Positions 49,301 through 58,787 of a DNA stretch of 64,000 nt are shown here, piece by piece. This DNA is from Promethearchaeota archaeon. Lineage in GTDB: Archaea > Asgardarchaeota > Lokiarchaeia > Sigyniarchaeales > SOKP01. Made by a program: the position numbers and the translations under genes. The first letter of the stretch is position 1; every line of letters starts with the position of its first letter. The notes beneath the pieces are model-generated. The model did not search any database, had not been told where the DNA came from, and saw only the letters and a list, made by a program, of their open reading frames with translations. The stretch lies in contig JAUVNS010000001.1 in assembly GCA_030599585.1 (NCBI GenBank), forward strand, positions 64,001-128,000, written 5' to 3'.

Positions 49301-51828
49301 TCGCTATCTAATAGTGAATAATATCTAAATTCTATTGTGCTATTTGCGTGCAACTCTATATTATAATCAGACTGAAGTCGTTGCACGTTAGTTTCCTCTC
49401 CAAGGTTAATTTTCAAAGTCAAATTATAATCTAAGAACCCTACTTTTGAAGATTCAATTAAAATCTCATAAAAACCATTTGATCCTAATAATGAAGTATC
49501 TAAAATGGTCTCATAAATTCCAAAACCGGCTTCTACAAAATCTACTGTTCCTGAGGTCCAATTATAGGAAATTAATGCATTTAAAATAAAATCATTGTTA
49601 TCAGAATCTGTTAAATTTACTTGTACGGGTATAATATCTCCAATAAATGCGTCTGTTATGGAATCAGAAATGGCATCATTAGGTTTAAGAAGTGAGAATG
49701 AACTCTGATGTATAACTAAAAAACTAGCGTTTAATCCCCCTATAGAAGTGCCATTAGACCAAAAGAGCGTGTAATCATATTGTCCTCCAGTTGTATTTAA
49801 TGCATCAAAAAATAACTCAGAAAAGAACACGCTTCCATTTGACAAGGGTGAATTTACTTCTGAATACCACTGATTTCCTTCGGGATCAAATATCGTTAAG
49901 TTTACTTCTGTTGAACCAAGATTATTAGGAATTTCACCGCTGTAATTTACTTGAGTTTTAATTCGTGTTGATTCGCCGGTATTAAAACTGGTGTGTGTCC
50001 ATTCACCTTGTTTCAACATTTTTGTATTTGTTATATCGAGATAATTTGGAGAGGTCGCTTTAAATGACCACCAACCAGGATAAAGCGCATTTGTTTTATT
50101 AATTTTTAATAATAAATCGCCAATATTTCCGTTTTCAAATGGTCGAGAAAGAAGAGTTGGGTCTAGAGCGTAGAGAAACTCCCAATTTACAGGTTTATCA
50201 ATTATAAATTCAAAATCCGAATACTGAGAAGGCATGTAGAAATTATGTGAAAAATACCAATATACTGAGCCATTTTCTAAGATTTCATAAGAGATTCCTT
50301 CAACTATAGTTTGCCCTACCCTTGAAGTAGTTTCGTGATATCCATACAAAAAAGTGTCCAATTCAAAAGTAAGCGAAGGTGAACTTGTATTTGCGGTAAG
50401 AACTACAGGATTTACACCCCAATTCCCCGTAATATTTAACTCTGATTCTCCCCATTGGTCTCCTTGAGTAAGAGAATACCCGTTTAACGTAAGATTTATA
50501 TCGCTTTGACTTGAATTTGCGAGCGTAATAAGTACTAAAGATAAATTATCAAACCAAAAGAGTTGTTGGAATCGTTCATCAAAACCGGAATATGTTATTG
50601 TACCACCACTCATAATACCAACTGAGATATTAAACTCTTGATTATTTTGAATTTCTTCAAATAAGCTCGAAGTATTCGACCATAAGTCTAGATGTATTTC
50701 TCCAGTACTTAACCAAGTTCGCCTACCACTTCCATCACCAACAATATCCCCTAAACCTTTAGAGTAAATTTTTTTATTATTTATCTCACAATACAAAAAA
50801 TTTTCGTTAGAATCCATTGCGTATTCAGCATAGTAATCGAAACTTATATAACCATCAATAATTTGGCCTCGAGGAATAGTTATGTTTTGATAGATTTCTG
50901 AAAAGTCGTTTTCGTAATAAGATACCTCTATCCTTCCGTCTCTGGCGGGATTTCCTACTAAGCTGACATACATCGCTGTTTCATTTTCCATGGTAGAAGA
51001 ACCAAAATTACCTCCTATTGTAGCATTATCATATCCCCAATGATCGAAGCTATCATAGTATTCTATACCGTCATAGATATATTCGTAATAGTCAATATCG
51101 TAACCCCACCATTGAACCGATCCATCGGAATCCATAGTAATTTTTATATTTGTTGTTTTAATCCAAGGGCTAAAAAATGATGCTTTATTTCCTGTGTCAA
51201 CATATTGTAGTATGTTATTCTCATCGTAAAAACAAACTATGTCCCAATCTTCTTCTATTTCAAATCTGTCAAAATGAACTCGTATTAATGACGCATTATT
51301 TTGAGTTATTTCACTATGGATGTTTGCAGGAGTAGCAGGATCTCGAGATAAATCCGCGGTGTAATTATGTCGAGGCGGAGATGTGTCTGGAATATTTGTT
51401 AACGATACATTTACTCTATAAGTAGAAACTTCTGAGTAGTCGTTGTTTTTAACCCATTCTCTTGTATCTTGAATGTTTCGGATGTTTGTTTCTATTTTTG
51501 ATATCTCCCAATCATGAACATCGTCGAGAGTGTAATTAATTTCGAGTTCTTCCTGACTCGTTAAAGAAATTAGTTGATTATTTTCATATAAGTTACCGTA
51601 ATCTGTTATATTTAAAGATATTTCATTTCCTTCAAATAAAATTGAATCAGAATCGGCAAGTAAGGGTGACTGGGAATAATAATTAAAGTCGCTGTCTATT
51701 TTTTTAATATTTTTGGAATTTGGAATGAGAAAACTACTTGAAAGAAATATACCTAATATAATAATAAGATAGGCTATTCTCAGAACTAATGATTTTTTTA
51801 AAAGTGAATTATTAGAAACCTTTTTCAT
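46357..51828 (-). CDS. large single-pass surface protein: CUB-like domain, Ig-like repeats, TM, cytoplasmic longin + wHTH
   Basis: N-terminal TM/signal; IRVHFDRFEIEEDWD…MDSDGSVQWWGY (CUB-like); five ~107-aa repeats; TM near 47183-47108; IVAIHRYSGIPLYS…LFSGFIQAI longin. Confidence 0.82.
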   Translation of the reverse strand: MKKVSNNSLLKKSLVLRIAYLIIILGIFLSSSFLIPNSKNIKKIDSDFNYYSQSPLLADSDSILFEGNEISLNITDYGNLYENNQLISLTSQEELEINYTLDDVHDWEISKIETNIRNIQDTREWVKNNDYSEVSTYRVNVSLTNIPDTSPPRHNYTADLSRDPATPANIHSEITQNNASLIRVHFDRFEIEEDWDIVCFYDENNILQYVDTGNKASFFSPWIKTTNIKITMDSDGSVQWWGYDIDYYEYIYDGIEYYDSFDHWGYDNATIGGNFGSSTMENETAMYVSLVGNPARDGRIEVSYYENDFSEIYQNITIPRGQIIDGYISFDYYAEYAMDSNENFLYCEINNKKIYSKGLGDIVGDGSGRRTWLSTGEIHLDLWSNTSSLFEEIQNNQEFNISVGIMSGGTITYSGFDERFQQLFWFDNLSLVLITLANSSQSDINLTLNGYSLTQGDQWGESELNITGNWGVNPVVLTANTSSPSLTFELDTFLYGYHETTSRVGQTIVEGISYEILENGSVYWYFSHNFYMPSQYSDFEFIIDKPVNWEFLYALDPTLLSRPFENGNIGDLLLKINKTNALYPGWWSFKATSPNYLDITNTKMLKQGEWTHTSFNTGESTRIKTQVNYSGEIPNNLGSTEVNLTIFDPEGNQWYSEVNSPLSNGSVFFSELFFDALNTTGGQYDYTLFWSNGTSIGGLNASFLVIHQSSFSLLKPNDAISDSITDAFIGDIIPVQVNLTDSDNNDFILNALISYNWTSGTVDFVEAGFGIYETILDTSLLGSNGFYEILIESSKVGFLDYNLTLKINLGEETNVQRLQSDYNIELHANSTIEFRYYSLLDSEGIDGATVGVNISNPDLYSIENLPGGYYNIEFDTSFTNNLGIKQLNFNFSAPSFEPQTHIYQFEIVEQSVNITAYIDNVEIYRNSIIEVIFMEEINISTQARALIDDNLLTGGNFSWKINSYEQTLNEYSNFWYNTSIQFNPSIYSPGLNLIGIQFEMDKYQTDIFYFQLLVYEQPVDLSVFINSQPILENEIVEIMYMESITISAKAFATIEADYVNGALITWQGGDQDRTLIEVGADWYNTSIQIVPSNYTPGLNSIAIEFIKDNFQHEIFYFQLLVEEQSVDFSLYLNSQQIAEDQLVEVMFKQNITISARVYGEIDSNYIDEAYISWNSEFYITNFIEYGANWYNLSLTFSAINFSSGINTVSIKFEKQNYTTTYFSFQLLVREQSVQLNVSINSQSILENALIEVMLKENITIAAQAYAMGEGIFLSGGNITIIGEMFSFNINENVTYLTWFSTDIVIDGANFELGINTVSVKFEQANYSEAYFSFQFFITAETVNLSLYIDSQEIDANSLIQITYYDVFSLSIRALANVEKVFLDGGSAIIAIGSYNQDFTQTANYWYNTSVVCDLANFDLGINSVYVRFLHPNYTSSTFYFQILVNQIEMKVDTIDFQDSIESLAGNSLVIRINLTELISAISIENTTISYSWDFGLGNFEEVGNGIYEIELEIPENIHGSFKVSLIISTENVLYKSMQSSFLLVIGEPEFPVLLMFIIFFIAVAIISVLGILSLRSYVILPRRRRKEADLLSKTQRFKDIQNIQAIVAIHRYSGIPLYSKSYSILEKHKKELFSGFIQAIITVGEEMVGKREVDGDSTNLDDSDGSRTILELDFKYFYCLICDRQDLRMIFLLNEKASDRLKKLISDLSLGIMFDLSQLIESWDGAIHEFEAQLPPIITKYVELYYKDAFKINDAKFIARLRKESELNSMETRILNVIYSIAKNKQEFHLETIFEVVHEKNQDLIIDAIETLINKQIIIPSNK
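47494..49104 (-). repeat. five tandem ~107-aa (~321-nt) Ig-like repeats inside the large surface protein
   Basis: Units begin EQSVNITA, EQPVDLSV, EQSVDFSL, EQSVQLNV, ETVNLSL and share WYNTSI…GLN/GIN…F…Y…FYFQLLV. Confidence 0.85.
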
Positions 51829-51989
51829 ACTATCCCCTGTTGTTAAATAAAAAATAATTATAAAACTCATAAAAAATAAAATTAATAAATTTAAGGGAAT
51901 ATAAAATGAATCTCTATTCGAAATTTACTTTTTAGGAGTTTTAAAGTTTAAATTTAAGGAGTTTATGAATAATTTGCCAATTCTATTAG

Positions 51990-52340
51990 CTAATTAGGTA
52001 TCTCATCGGCAAACTCCGTTTTGAGAAGTGAAATGTAAGACTTTTTTTCTATGTGGTCTAAGGAATTCACATTCGTCCCTCTGCTAGTATAAATATCTGG
52101 AGGATGTTCTTCAAATAATGAAAGAATGAGTAATATTGCATTTTTTACAAATTCTTTTCTACTCGTTTTTCTTTCTAAAACCTTCATTAATTCTATGAAT
52201 GATTTATTTTTCCATATTTCTATGGTTTCTTTATTTACGTTCGGATTCTGGAAGAATTCTATGATATTTGAGTAATATTCAAATTCAGAGGTATCGCAGT
52301 TGTTTGACTCATTCATAAGTTTTTGACCGTTGTTATACAT
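51990..52340 (-). CDS. hypothetical protein
   Basis: 116-aa ORF; no motif recognised. Confidence 0.6.
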   Translation of the reverse strand: MYNNGQKLMNESNNCDTSEFEYYSNIIEFFQNPNVNKETIEIWKNKSFIELMKVLERKTSRKEFVKNAILLILSLFEEHPPDIYTSRGTNVNSLDHIEKKSYISLLKTEFADEIPN

Positions 52341-52567
52341 ATATAACCAAATTATTTGTTTTTAAATTCCATGAGAATCATGGTTTTTTGTTGCGACAAT
52401 CCGCACGTTAATTTTCCAAAAATTTATGGTTCTTGATAAAAATAACATCCATTATCGACAAGTAAGAATTTCAAGAAGAGTGTTATTTTCTTATGTATTA
52501 CGCTGATAATATCTCCCCTAAATGAGAAAAGTGAGTAAAAAGAGTTTAACAAGGGACAAGAATAATC

Positions 52568-53566
52568 CTATAGATTTTCAATTTCTGAAGGAATAAAACC
52601 AAAAGTGTCTAAGAAACGCTTTCGCACGTCTGAAATGTCATAAATTTGTGTTTGAGCACCACTAGTTTCTACAACGAAAGAGCCTACAGTTGAACCTAAA
52701 CGACAAGAATCTTGCAAACTCATATTAAGAATCATTCCAGACAAAAAGCCTGCGCGGTATCCATCCCCGGCACCTGTAGTGTCAATTACTTTATTCGGAT
52801 TCGAAATCGGAATTTCTATGGACTCTACTTTTCCAGATGGAGTTTTTGTTACAATTTCTGAACCCTCCGACCCCTTAGTTTTTACTATAGTACTAATATA
52901 CTCGAGTAAATCTGTTTCGTTCATCTCTGTCTTGCTCATAACTTGATTTATTTCGTACGTATTTCCTATAAGAAATTCAGATTTGGCTAAAATGCTCATT
53001 AAATTGTCTTTGGAGAATAAGGGAGTAATTTGTCCAGGGTCAAATATCATAGGAATACCTAACTCGCTTAATTGATCAGCAAAATTCTTCATTGCATCAA
53101 TACCTTGGGTAGAATTTATAGCATAGGCATATTGTTCAGGATTTTTAATCTTTCTCCGTAAATCTATATTTTTACCATCATCTAAAGCGCCCCCATGAAA
53201 AATAATCATTTGATTCGATTTCTCATCGTTTACAATGTAGCATGCTGCAGTAAACAGATCAATTTGAATATCTACATTCAAATCGATGTTTTGGAATTTT
53301 GTTATGTGATCTTTATAACCTAAGCTTTCGAAATCTTTACCAACCGAACCTAAGAGTGAGACGGGGGATATATTTAGTAATCCAAGGTTATACGCGATGT
53401 TTCCCGCAGTTCCGCCGAAATGCTGGATTCGGCTATTGGCAGTTACTGTGCTTTGGTATACTTTTTTCTCGTAATCAATAGACACAGCATTTACAAAATT
53501 CTCGTCAAATCCCATGATGTAATCGAAAGCAAGGGAACCCAATACTATTACTTTATCTCGTTTCAT
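52568..53566 (-). CDS. PfkB family nucleoside/adenosine kinase
   Basis: GSLAFD, FGGTAGNIAY, FDPGQ, DTTGAGDGYRAG. Confidence 0.92.
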   Translation of the reverse strand: MKRDKVIVLGSLAFDYIMGFDENFVNAVSIDYEKKVYQSTVTANSRIQHFGGTAGNIAYNLGLLNISPVSLLGSVGKDFESLGYKDHITKFQNIDLNVDIQIDLFTAACYIVNDEKSNQMIIFHGGALDDGKNIDLRRKIKNPEQYAYAINSTQGIDAMKNFADQLSELGIPMIFDPGQITPLFSKDNLMSILAKSEFLIGNTYEINQVMSKTEMNETDLLEYISTIVKTKGSEGSEIVTKTPSGKVESIEIPISNPNKVIDTTGAGDGYRAGFLSGMILNMSLQDSCRLGSTVGSFVVETSGAQTQIYDISDVRKRFLDTFGFIPSEIENL

Positions 53567-53687
53567 TTCAGTCTTTACCTTATACAAATTGAAGTAAATC
53601 GATAATATATTATTTTTACGCATTAAATTTAGACTTTATGAAATAACAAACTACTAATAAAGAAATAAAATAAAAGAAAGGCTATTG

Positions 53688-53954
53688 TTACAAATTATCC
53701 AACGGTAAATCTAAATCTACTTCAGCAGATTTAAGCTTTTTCATGAATTCTACAGCCCCAACTTCATTTACCATTAATTCTAATAGATTTTCGTAGAGGT
53801 GCTCGATGTTATCCTGCCCGATTTGAAAGTATATATCTTCAGAGGGAAGAGTTATCTTAAAAATTTCATAAAGGCCTCGAATACAGTCTTTAATATTCTC
53901 AAAATTAATTAATGCCTTTTTCGTCGATTCGTAAACAATATCAGTTTTTTCCAT
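53688..53954 (-). CDS. hypothetical helical protein
   Basis: 88-aa ORF, ATG start. Confidence 0.65.
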   Translation of the reverse strand: MEKTDIVYESTKKALINFENIKDCIRGLYEIFKITLPSEDIYFQIGQDNIEHLYENLLELMVNEVGAVEFMKKLKSAEVDLDLPLDNL

Positions 53955-54343
53955 TTTTAATTATTACCGCTTAAACTTGTTTCCCGTTGTATTAAAAGAA
54001 GAAATGAAGGCTTAAAAAATAGTTGTTATTTTGACAATTGCGTGACTAAAGAACAAATAACAAAGAATACAATACATCTTATATTATGTTTCAAGGCGGG
54101 CTAGTTCTCGTTTAAGAATATTTGGTAAAACTTTAGACAATCAAGTAATTAGCTATCGAAAACTAGTTTCATTCATAGTTTACATTCCCAAATTGATAAT
54201 AAGATATTTTATTTTTGTCTGTGCAAAAACCTTGCTTTAATTCCTAATAACCTAGATATAAATATTTTTAATTATTTTTTTTTATTATTCCGTATGCAAA
54301 AGAAAATGTAATTTTTTTTAACAAATTATAATAATTTTTCACC

Positions 54344-55393
54344 ATGAAGAAGCTAATTGATGCTGTAATATATACAGATGTTCACGATGAACTCGGTCCG
54401 AATCCCATTCTTTGGCTACCGCCAAATTTACCTGAATCTGTCAGAATGTTAGTAGGAATTAAAACTGTAACATTACTTACAGGTGACCAAGGGTCTGTAC
54501 CAGATTCGCTATTAATAATCCCTTTTCCTTCACTTAAATTAAAAGGATTAATTAGATATATAGAAAGAGAAGATGAAAGTAAAAGAGGAGGATTCGCAAG
54601 AAGTGCAATAACATTCTTGTTTAAAGAAACAGATGATGTGATTTTCTATAAATATATGGGTTATCTTAAAGCTCCCTTCGATGAAACTTCGAGAAAAATA
54701 ATTGAATTAGAGAACAACCATGCAGAAAGTTCAAAAATCTTTGAAGAGATTAAAATTTTACGAGATAGCGTCAGTGAATTACTAGATGATTTTAGAACTA
54801 AAGAAATAACTTCACCAGCATCAAAAGAATTTCCAGAAAAACGAGTTAAAGATGATAAAGTAGTAGATTATAGACTTAAACTCGTAATAGTTGGAGATCC
54901 TGGAGTAGGTAAGACATCTACCATACTAAGATTTACTGATAACGCGTTCTTAAGAACATATGTTCCAACACTTGGGGTATCCATTACTGAAAAATTATTT
55001 GATACCAAAAGCGGAGTAATAGAAACGATCTTATGGGACATCGCAGGACAAGCAAAATTTGAGACGATGAGAAGACATTTCTACCAAGGCTCTGAGGCGA
55101 TATTACTTATTTTTGATCTAACTAATAGAAATTCCTTTACAAGTATAAAATCGTGGTATCATGACGTTATGAAAAACATGGAGAAACATCACCACAAAAT
55201 GTCGGGTTATATTTTTGGAAATAAAAGTGATTTAATCGAACTACGAAAAGTTAAATTAGTTGAAGCTTTAGCTTTAGCTAAGGAATTGAATTTAAAATAC
55301 ATAGAAATATCTGCCCTAACTGGTAAAAATGTCGAATACGCTTTTTATGATATTGCCAACACAGTCGTAAAAATGCGTTTGAACAAACCTTAA
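54344..55393 (+). CDS. uDENN/longin-domain Rab-like small GTPase (paralogue of 20183-21220)
   Basis: HDELGPNP…PFP…DESKRG; GDPGVGKT, YVPTLG, WDIAGQ, NKSD, EISAL. Confidence 0.88.
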   Translation: MKKLIDAVIYTDVHDELGPNPILWLPPNLPESVRMLVGIKTVTLLTGDQGSVPDSLLIIPFPSLKLKGLIRYIEREDESKRGGFARSAITFLFKETDDVIFYKYMGYLKAPFDETSRKIIELENNHAESSKIFEEIKILRDSVSELLDDFRTKEITSPASKEFPEKRVKDDKVVDYRLKLVIVGDPGVGKTSTILRFTDNAFLRTYVPTLGVSITEKLFDTKSGVIETILWDIAGQAKFETMRRHFYQGSEAILLIFDLTNRNSFTSIKSWYHDVMKNMEKHHHKMSGYIFGNKSDLIELRKVKLVEALALAKELNLKYIEISALTGKNVEYAFYDIANTVVKMRLNKP

Positions 55394-55404
55394 AGGTTAT
55401 AAAT

Positions 55405-55977
55405 ATGGATTTAGAAGAAGCAATAAATAAACGTAGAACAATTAGGAGATTTACTCAAGAAACTATTCCGAGCGAAATCTTAAAAAAATTAATCGATTAC
55501 GCTCGAATCGCTCCTGCTGGAAATAATATTCAATGCGTTGAATATGTAATCGTAGAATCTCCAGAAATGAGAGAAAAAATGTTTCCTTTAGTAAGATGGG
55601 CCGCATCGCTACCTAAAGAATTAAGAACTCCAGAAAGTGGTAGGGAACCAACAGCATATATAATCGTGCTAGTAAATACAAACATTAAAAAATCATATTA
55701 CGATTTTGACGTTGGAGCCGCAGTTGAGAACATATTACTCGGTGCTGTGACGTTTGGAATTGGAACGTGTTGGATGGGTTCAATAAAAGGAGATAAAATA
55801 AGAGTATTACTTGACATTCCTGATTTTTACGAAATTAAACATGTGATTAGTCTAGGGTACCCTGACGAGACATCTGTGATTGAACCGTATAAAGAGTCTT
55901 TTAAATATTGGAAAGAAGGAAACGAAATGCACATCCCAAAACGAAAGTTGGAAAGCCTTATTTTAAAGGTGGTATAA
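55405..55977 (+). CDS. nitroreductase family protein
   Basis: RRTIRRF, APAGNNIQ, DVGAAVENILL…GIGTCW…LGYP. Confidence 0.92.
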   Translation: MDLEEAINKRRTIRRFTQETIPSEILKKLIDYARIAPAGNNIQCVEYVIVESPEMREKMFPLVRWAASLPKELRTPESGREPTAYIIVLVNTNIKKSYYDFDVGAAVENILLGAVTFGIGTCWMGSIKGDKIRVLLDIPDFYEIKHVISLGYPDETSVIEPYKESFKYWKEGNEMHIPKRKLESLILKVV

Positions 55978-56365
55978 AAGAGAGTAATAGTAATGAATTT
56001 TGCCCTCCTCCTACTCTCTCTTAATTAAATTACTTAAATAACAACTGTTTAGAGCGTTAAATACCCCACCCATAGATTTTTGTCATAAAATCTATAAAAT
56101 AGATATTGATTATGAAAATATAAGTGTTATTCCCCAGAATTGAGGAAAATTTTCCTGCGTCACTTAGATTGTCCTCAATCATGGAGAAAAATTTAGTTAT
56201 TCTCTAAATTTACGCCTTGGTTCTCATTTTTTATCAAAAAGTCTGCTAAATGAGTCGGATTTGTTAATCATCTTAACATTAAATTTATATTCAATTAAGG
56301 TCATTTAATATTTACGCTAAATAATTTTATATGAATAAATATTTACAATTTGTTGCAAGATAAAT

Positions 56366-56917
56366 ATGTCAAATCAAAAAAATGAAAAAAAAATGGTAAC
56401 CTTGGTTAGTCCACTGTCAATGAGAGAGTTTGAGGCTTTATTGATAATTTTAAAAAACGATGGGGAGGAATTAGCAGTTTTAAAAGCTGCAATCGATGCG
56501 AGATTTAAACTTGGGAGTAGAACTAAAGGGTACGATTATATAAGAAATCTGTGCACTAAGAATTTCACCGTTAAAAAAATTTCTGATCCAGTTGCTGGCA
56601 GGAAGAGAATCGTGAGAATTTTTGTAGAAAAAAAAGTAAGGAGTGAATACGAGAGATTAATCTTGCCCACAGTGAAAAATTTAAATGAATCGATAAAAAA
56701 ACTTTCCAAGGATTACATGGAAGAGATTAAAGAAGAAGAAAAACTAATGGAGAAATTTAGAACCTATACAGAAACTATTCTTAAGGGTATCAATCATGTA
56801 TTGGAGGATACACCGACAAGAAATTATACTCAAAAGAAACTTGAAAGAAAAATAGAGGATACGATCTGGCGTTATTTTCGCGCGGAAATGTTAAAAATTG
56901 AAATGTTTTCAAAATAA
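56366..56917 (+). CDS. putative winged-helix DNA-binding protein
   Basis: LSMREFEALLII…KGYDYIRNLCTKNF…GRKRIVRI resembles a MarR/PadR wHTH, followed by a coiled coil. Confidence 0.5.
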   Translation: MSNQKNEKKMVTLVSPLSMREFEALLIILKNDGEELAVLKAAIDARFKLGSRTKGYDYIRNLCTKNFTVKKISDPVAGRKRIVRIFVEKKVRSEYERLILPTVKNLNESIKKLSKDYMEEIKEEEKLMEKFRTYTETILKGINHVLEDTPTRNYTQKKLERKIEDTIWRYFRAEMLKIEMFSK

Positions 56918-56962
56918 AAACGCTGTAGGGTCGATAGAAAATATATAGGGAATATATTGGAT

Positions 56963-56988
56963 AAAGTCATAACATTTAAAAATTCATA
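56963..56988 (+). promoter_or_regulatory. BRE/TATA-like promoter element duplicated upstream of each 7TM gene
   Basis: AAAGTCATAACATTTAAAAA; near copies with TTTAAAAA at 57838, 58758 and 59625, each 30-35 nt before a TTG start. Confidence 0.6.
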
Positions 56989-57004
56989 AATTCATGTATA
57001 TGCA

Positions 57005-57727
57005 TTGCTATTTCAAAATGAAATTATTGTAAGATTAATTGCTGCATCAGTGCTTCAAGTATGGCCGATTTTTTACTTATCTTATTTCACATATAGATTA
57101 CTAAGGCGAGCTAAAAATCGTTCAACTTATATTTTGAGTGCTTATTTCGTAACAACAGCACTTGCTTATTTTCTTGCCACTCTTTCAATTTTTTTAACAA
57201 ATACGCCCTTTGCTTACATCATTTATGTGCTTTCAATTTATGTTTTTGTTTTTAGTTATAGTTTTTTAATAAATTTTAGCTGGTTACTTACTCGACTAGA
57301 TGAAAAACCACACTATACAAAGCTTTATTTAAGAATAATTTTCTACGCGATCTTATCACTCTATGTTATTGTAATTAGTATTCCATTTAATGGTATAGCC
57401 TTAGATGCAAGTACTGGATGGACACCTAATTACAGTTGGCTCTTTCTTGTTTTTAGTTGGATTTATTTCTTGATTTTATTAATTATTCCACAAATATATT
57501 TCTCGTTTAAAATTTTAAAAGTATATGAGGGAGTTGTCCTCAAGAAGAGATTAAATTCATTTATATTTAGTGTCTTTCTATCTTTGTCATTGGCTATTTC
57601 GCTATTCTTGTATCACACATGGATTGAAAATCTAATTTTCAGGACATTTCATATTTTTCTGGGGCTAGTATTTGGGATATCAGCTGCATATTTAATATAC
57701 AAGGGATTCGGGAAGCAACTGGAATAA
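57005..57727 (+). CDS. stand-alone 7TM receptor-like protein, copy 1
   Basis: Seven hydrophobic helices, LLRRAKNRS loop, STGWTP hairpin, YKGFGK end; TTG start. Confidence 0.8.
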   Translation: MLFQNEIIVRLIAASVLQVWPIFYLSYFTYRLLRRAKNRSTYILSAYFVTTALAYFLATLSIFLTNTPFAYIIYVLSIYVFVFSYSFLINFSWLLTRLDEKPHYTKLYLRIIFYAILSLYVIVISIPFNGIALDASTGWTPNYSWLFLVFSWIYFLILLIIPQIYFSFKILKVYEGVVLKKRLNSFIFSVFLSLSLAISLFLYHTWIENLIFRTFHIFLGLVFGISAAYLIYKGFGKQLE

Positions 57728-57872
57728 AAAATAATGAACATTTCCTGACCTTTAATTTATTATATTTATCTCCCAAATAACTTAGAAACCATTATAATAG
57801 AAAAGATATAAGACCTCTATGGAATAAAGTCAAAACATTTAAAAAATCATGCACTTTTTTGTATACAATGCG

Positions 57873-58595
57873 TTGCTGTTTCAAAATGAATTTTTTGTCA
57901 GATTAATTGTTGTTTCAGTTTTTCAAATATGGCCTGTTGTTTACGGGTCATATTTCGCCTATAAGTTATTAAAGCGGGCTAAAAATCGCTCTACTTATAC
58001 AATGAGTGGCTATTTTATAACCACTGCTCTTACTTATTTTCTTGCAACGATTTCAACATTTTTGGTAAATACACCCTTTTCTTACATTCTTTACGTGATT
58101 TCAATTTATGTGTTTGTTTTTAGCTATAGTTTTGCAATAAATTTTAGCTGGCTTCTTACTAGACTTGATGAAAAATCGTGTAATACTAAATTTTACTTAA
58201 GAACAACTCTTTACGCAATCTTATCACTATATGTTCTATTGGTTGCCATTCCTTTTAACGGCATAACCTTAAATGCGAGTACTGGTTGGATTCCTACTTA
58301 TAGTTGGTTCTTTCTTGGCATTAGTTGGACTTACTTCTTGATTTTTTTAATTATTCCACAAATATATCTCTCGTTTAAAATTTTGAAAGTATACGAGGGT
58401 GTTGCTCTTAAACATAGATTAAATATGTTTCTAATTAGCGTATTGTTAGTGATGGTGTTGGCAGTTTTTATGTTATTATATAACACATGGACTGAAAATG
58501 TAATTTTCCGGACATTTTACGTTTTTATAATGCCGGAATTAGGTGTATTTGCCGCTTATTTCGTCTACAAAGGATTCGGAAAGATGCTAGATTAA
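57873..58595 (+). CDS. stand-alone 7TM receptor-like protein, copy 2
   Basis: Paralogue; TTG at 57873 aligns with the MLFQNE start of the other copies. Confidence 0.8.
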   Translation: MLFQNEFFVRLIVVSVFQIWPVVYGSYFAYKLLKRAKNRSTYTMSGYFITTALTYFLATISTFLVNTPFSYILYVISIYVFVFSYSFAINFSWLLTRLDEKSCNTKFYLRTTLYAILSLYVLLVAIPFNGITLNASTGWIPTYSWFFLGISWTYFLIFLIIPQIYLSFKILKVYEGVALKHRLNMFLISVLLVMVLAVFMLLYNTWTENVIFRTFYVFIMPELGVFAAYFVYKGFGKMLD

Positions 58596-58787
58596 TGAAT
58601 AATGTTAATTTCTTCGATATTATATTGTAATTTCTGTGAAAACCTTTGCCTCTTCAACGGTAACCATCCTAATCTATACACAGAAAATAATGAGATGGAA
58701 AAAATGCTGGAGTTTTGATAGAATATATATTCAGAATTATATAAAAAAGTCATAACCTTTAAAAAAACAAAAAGTCATGTATATTTA

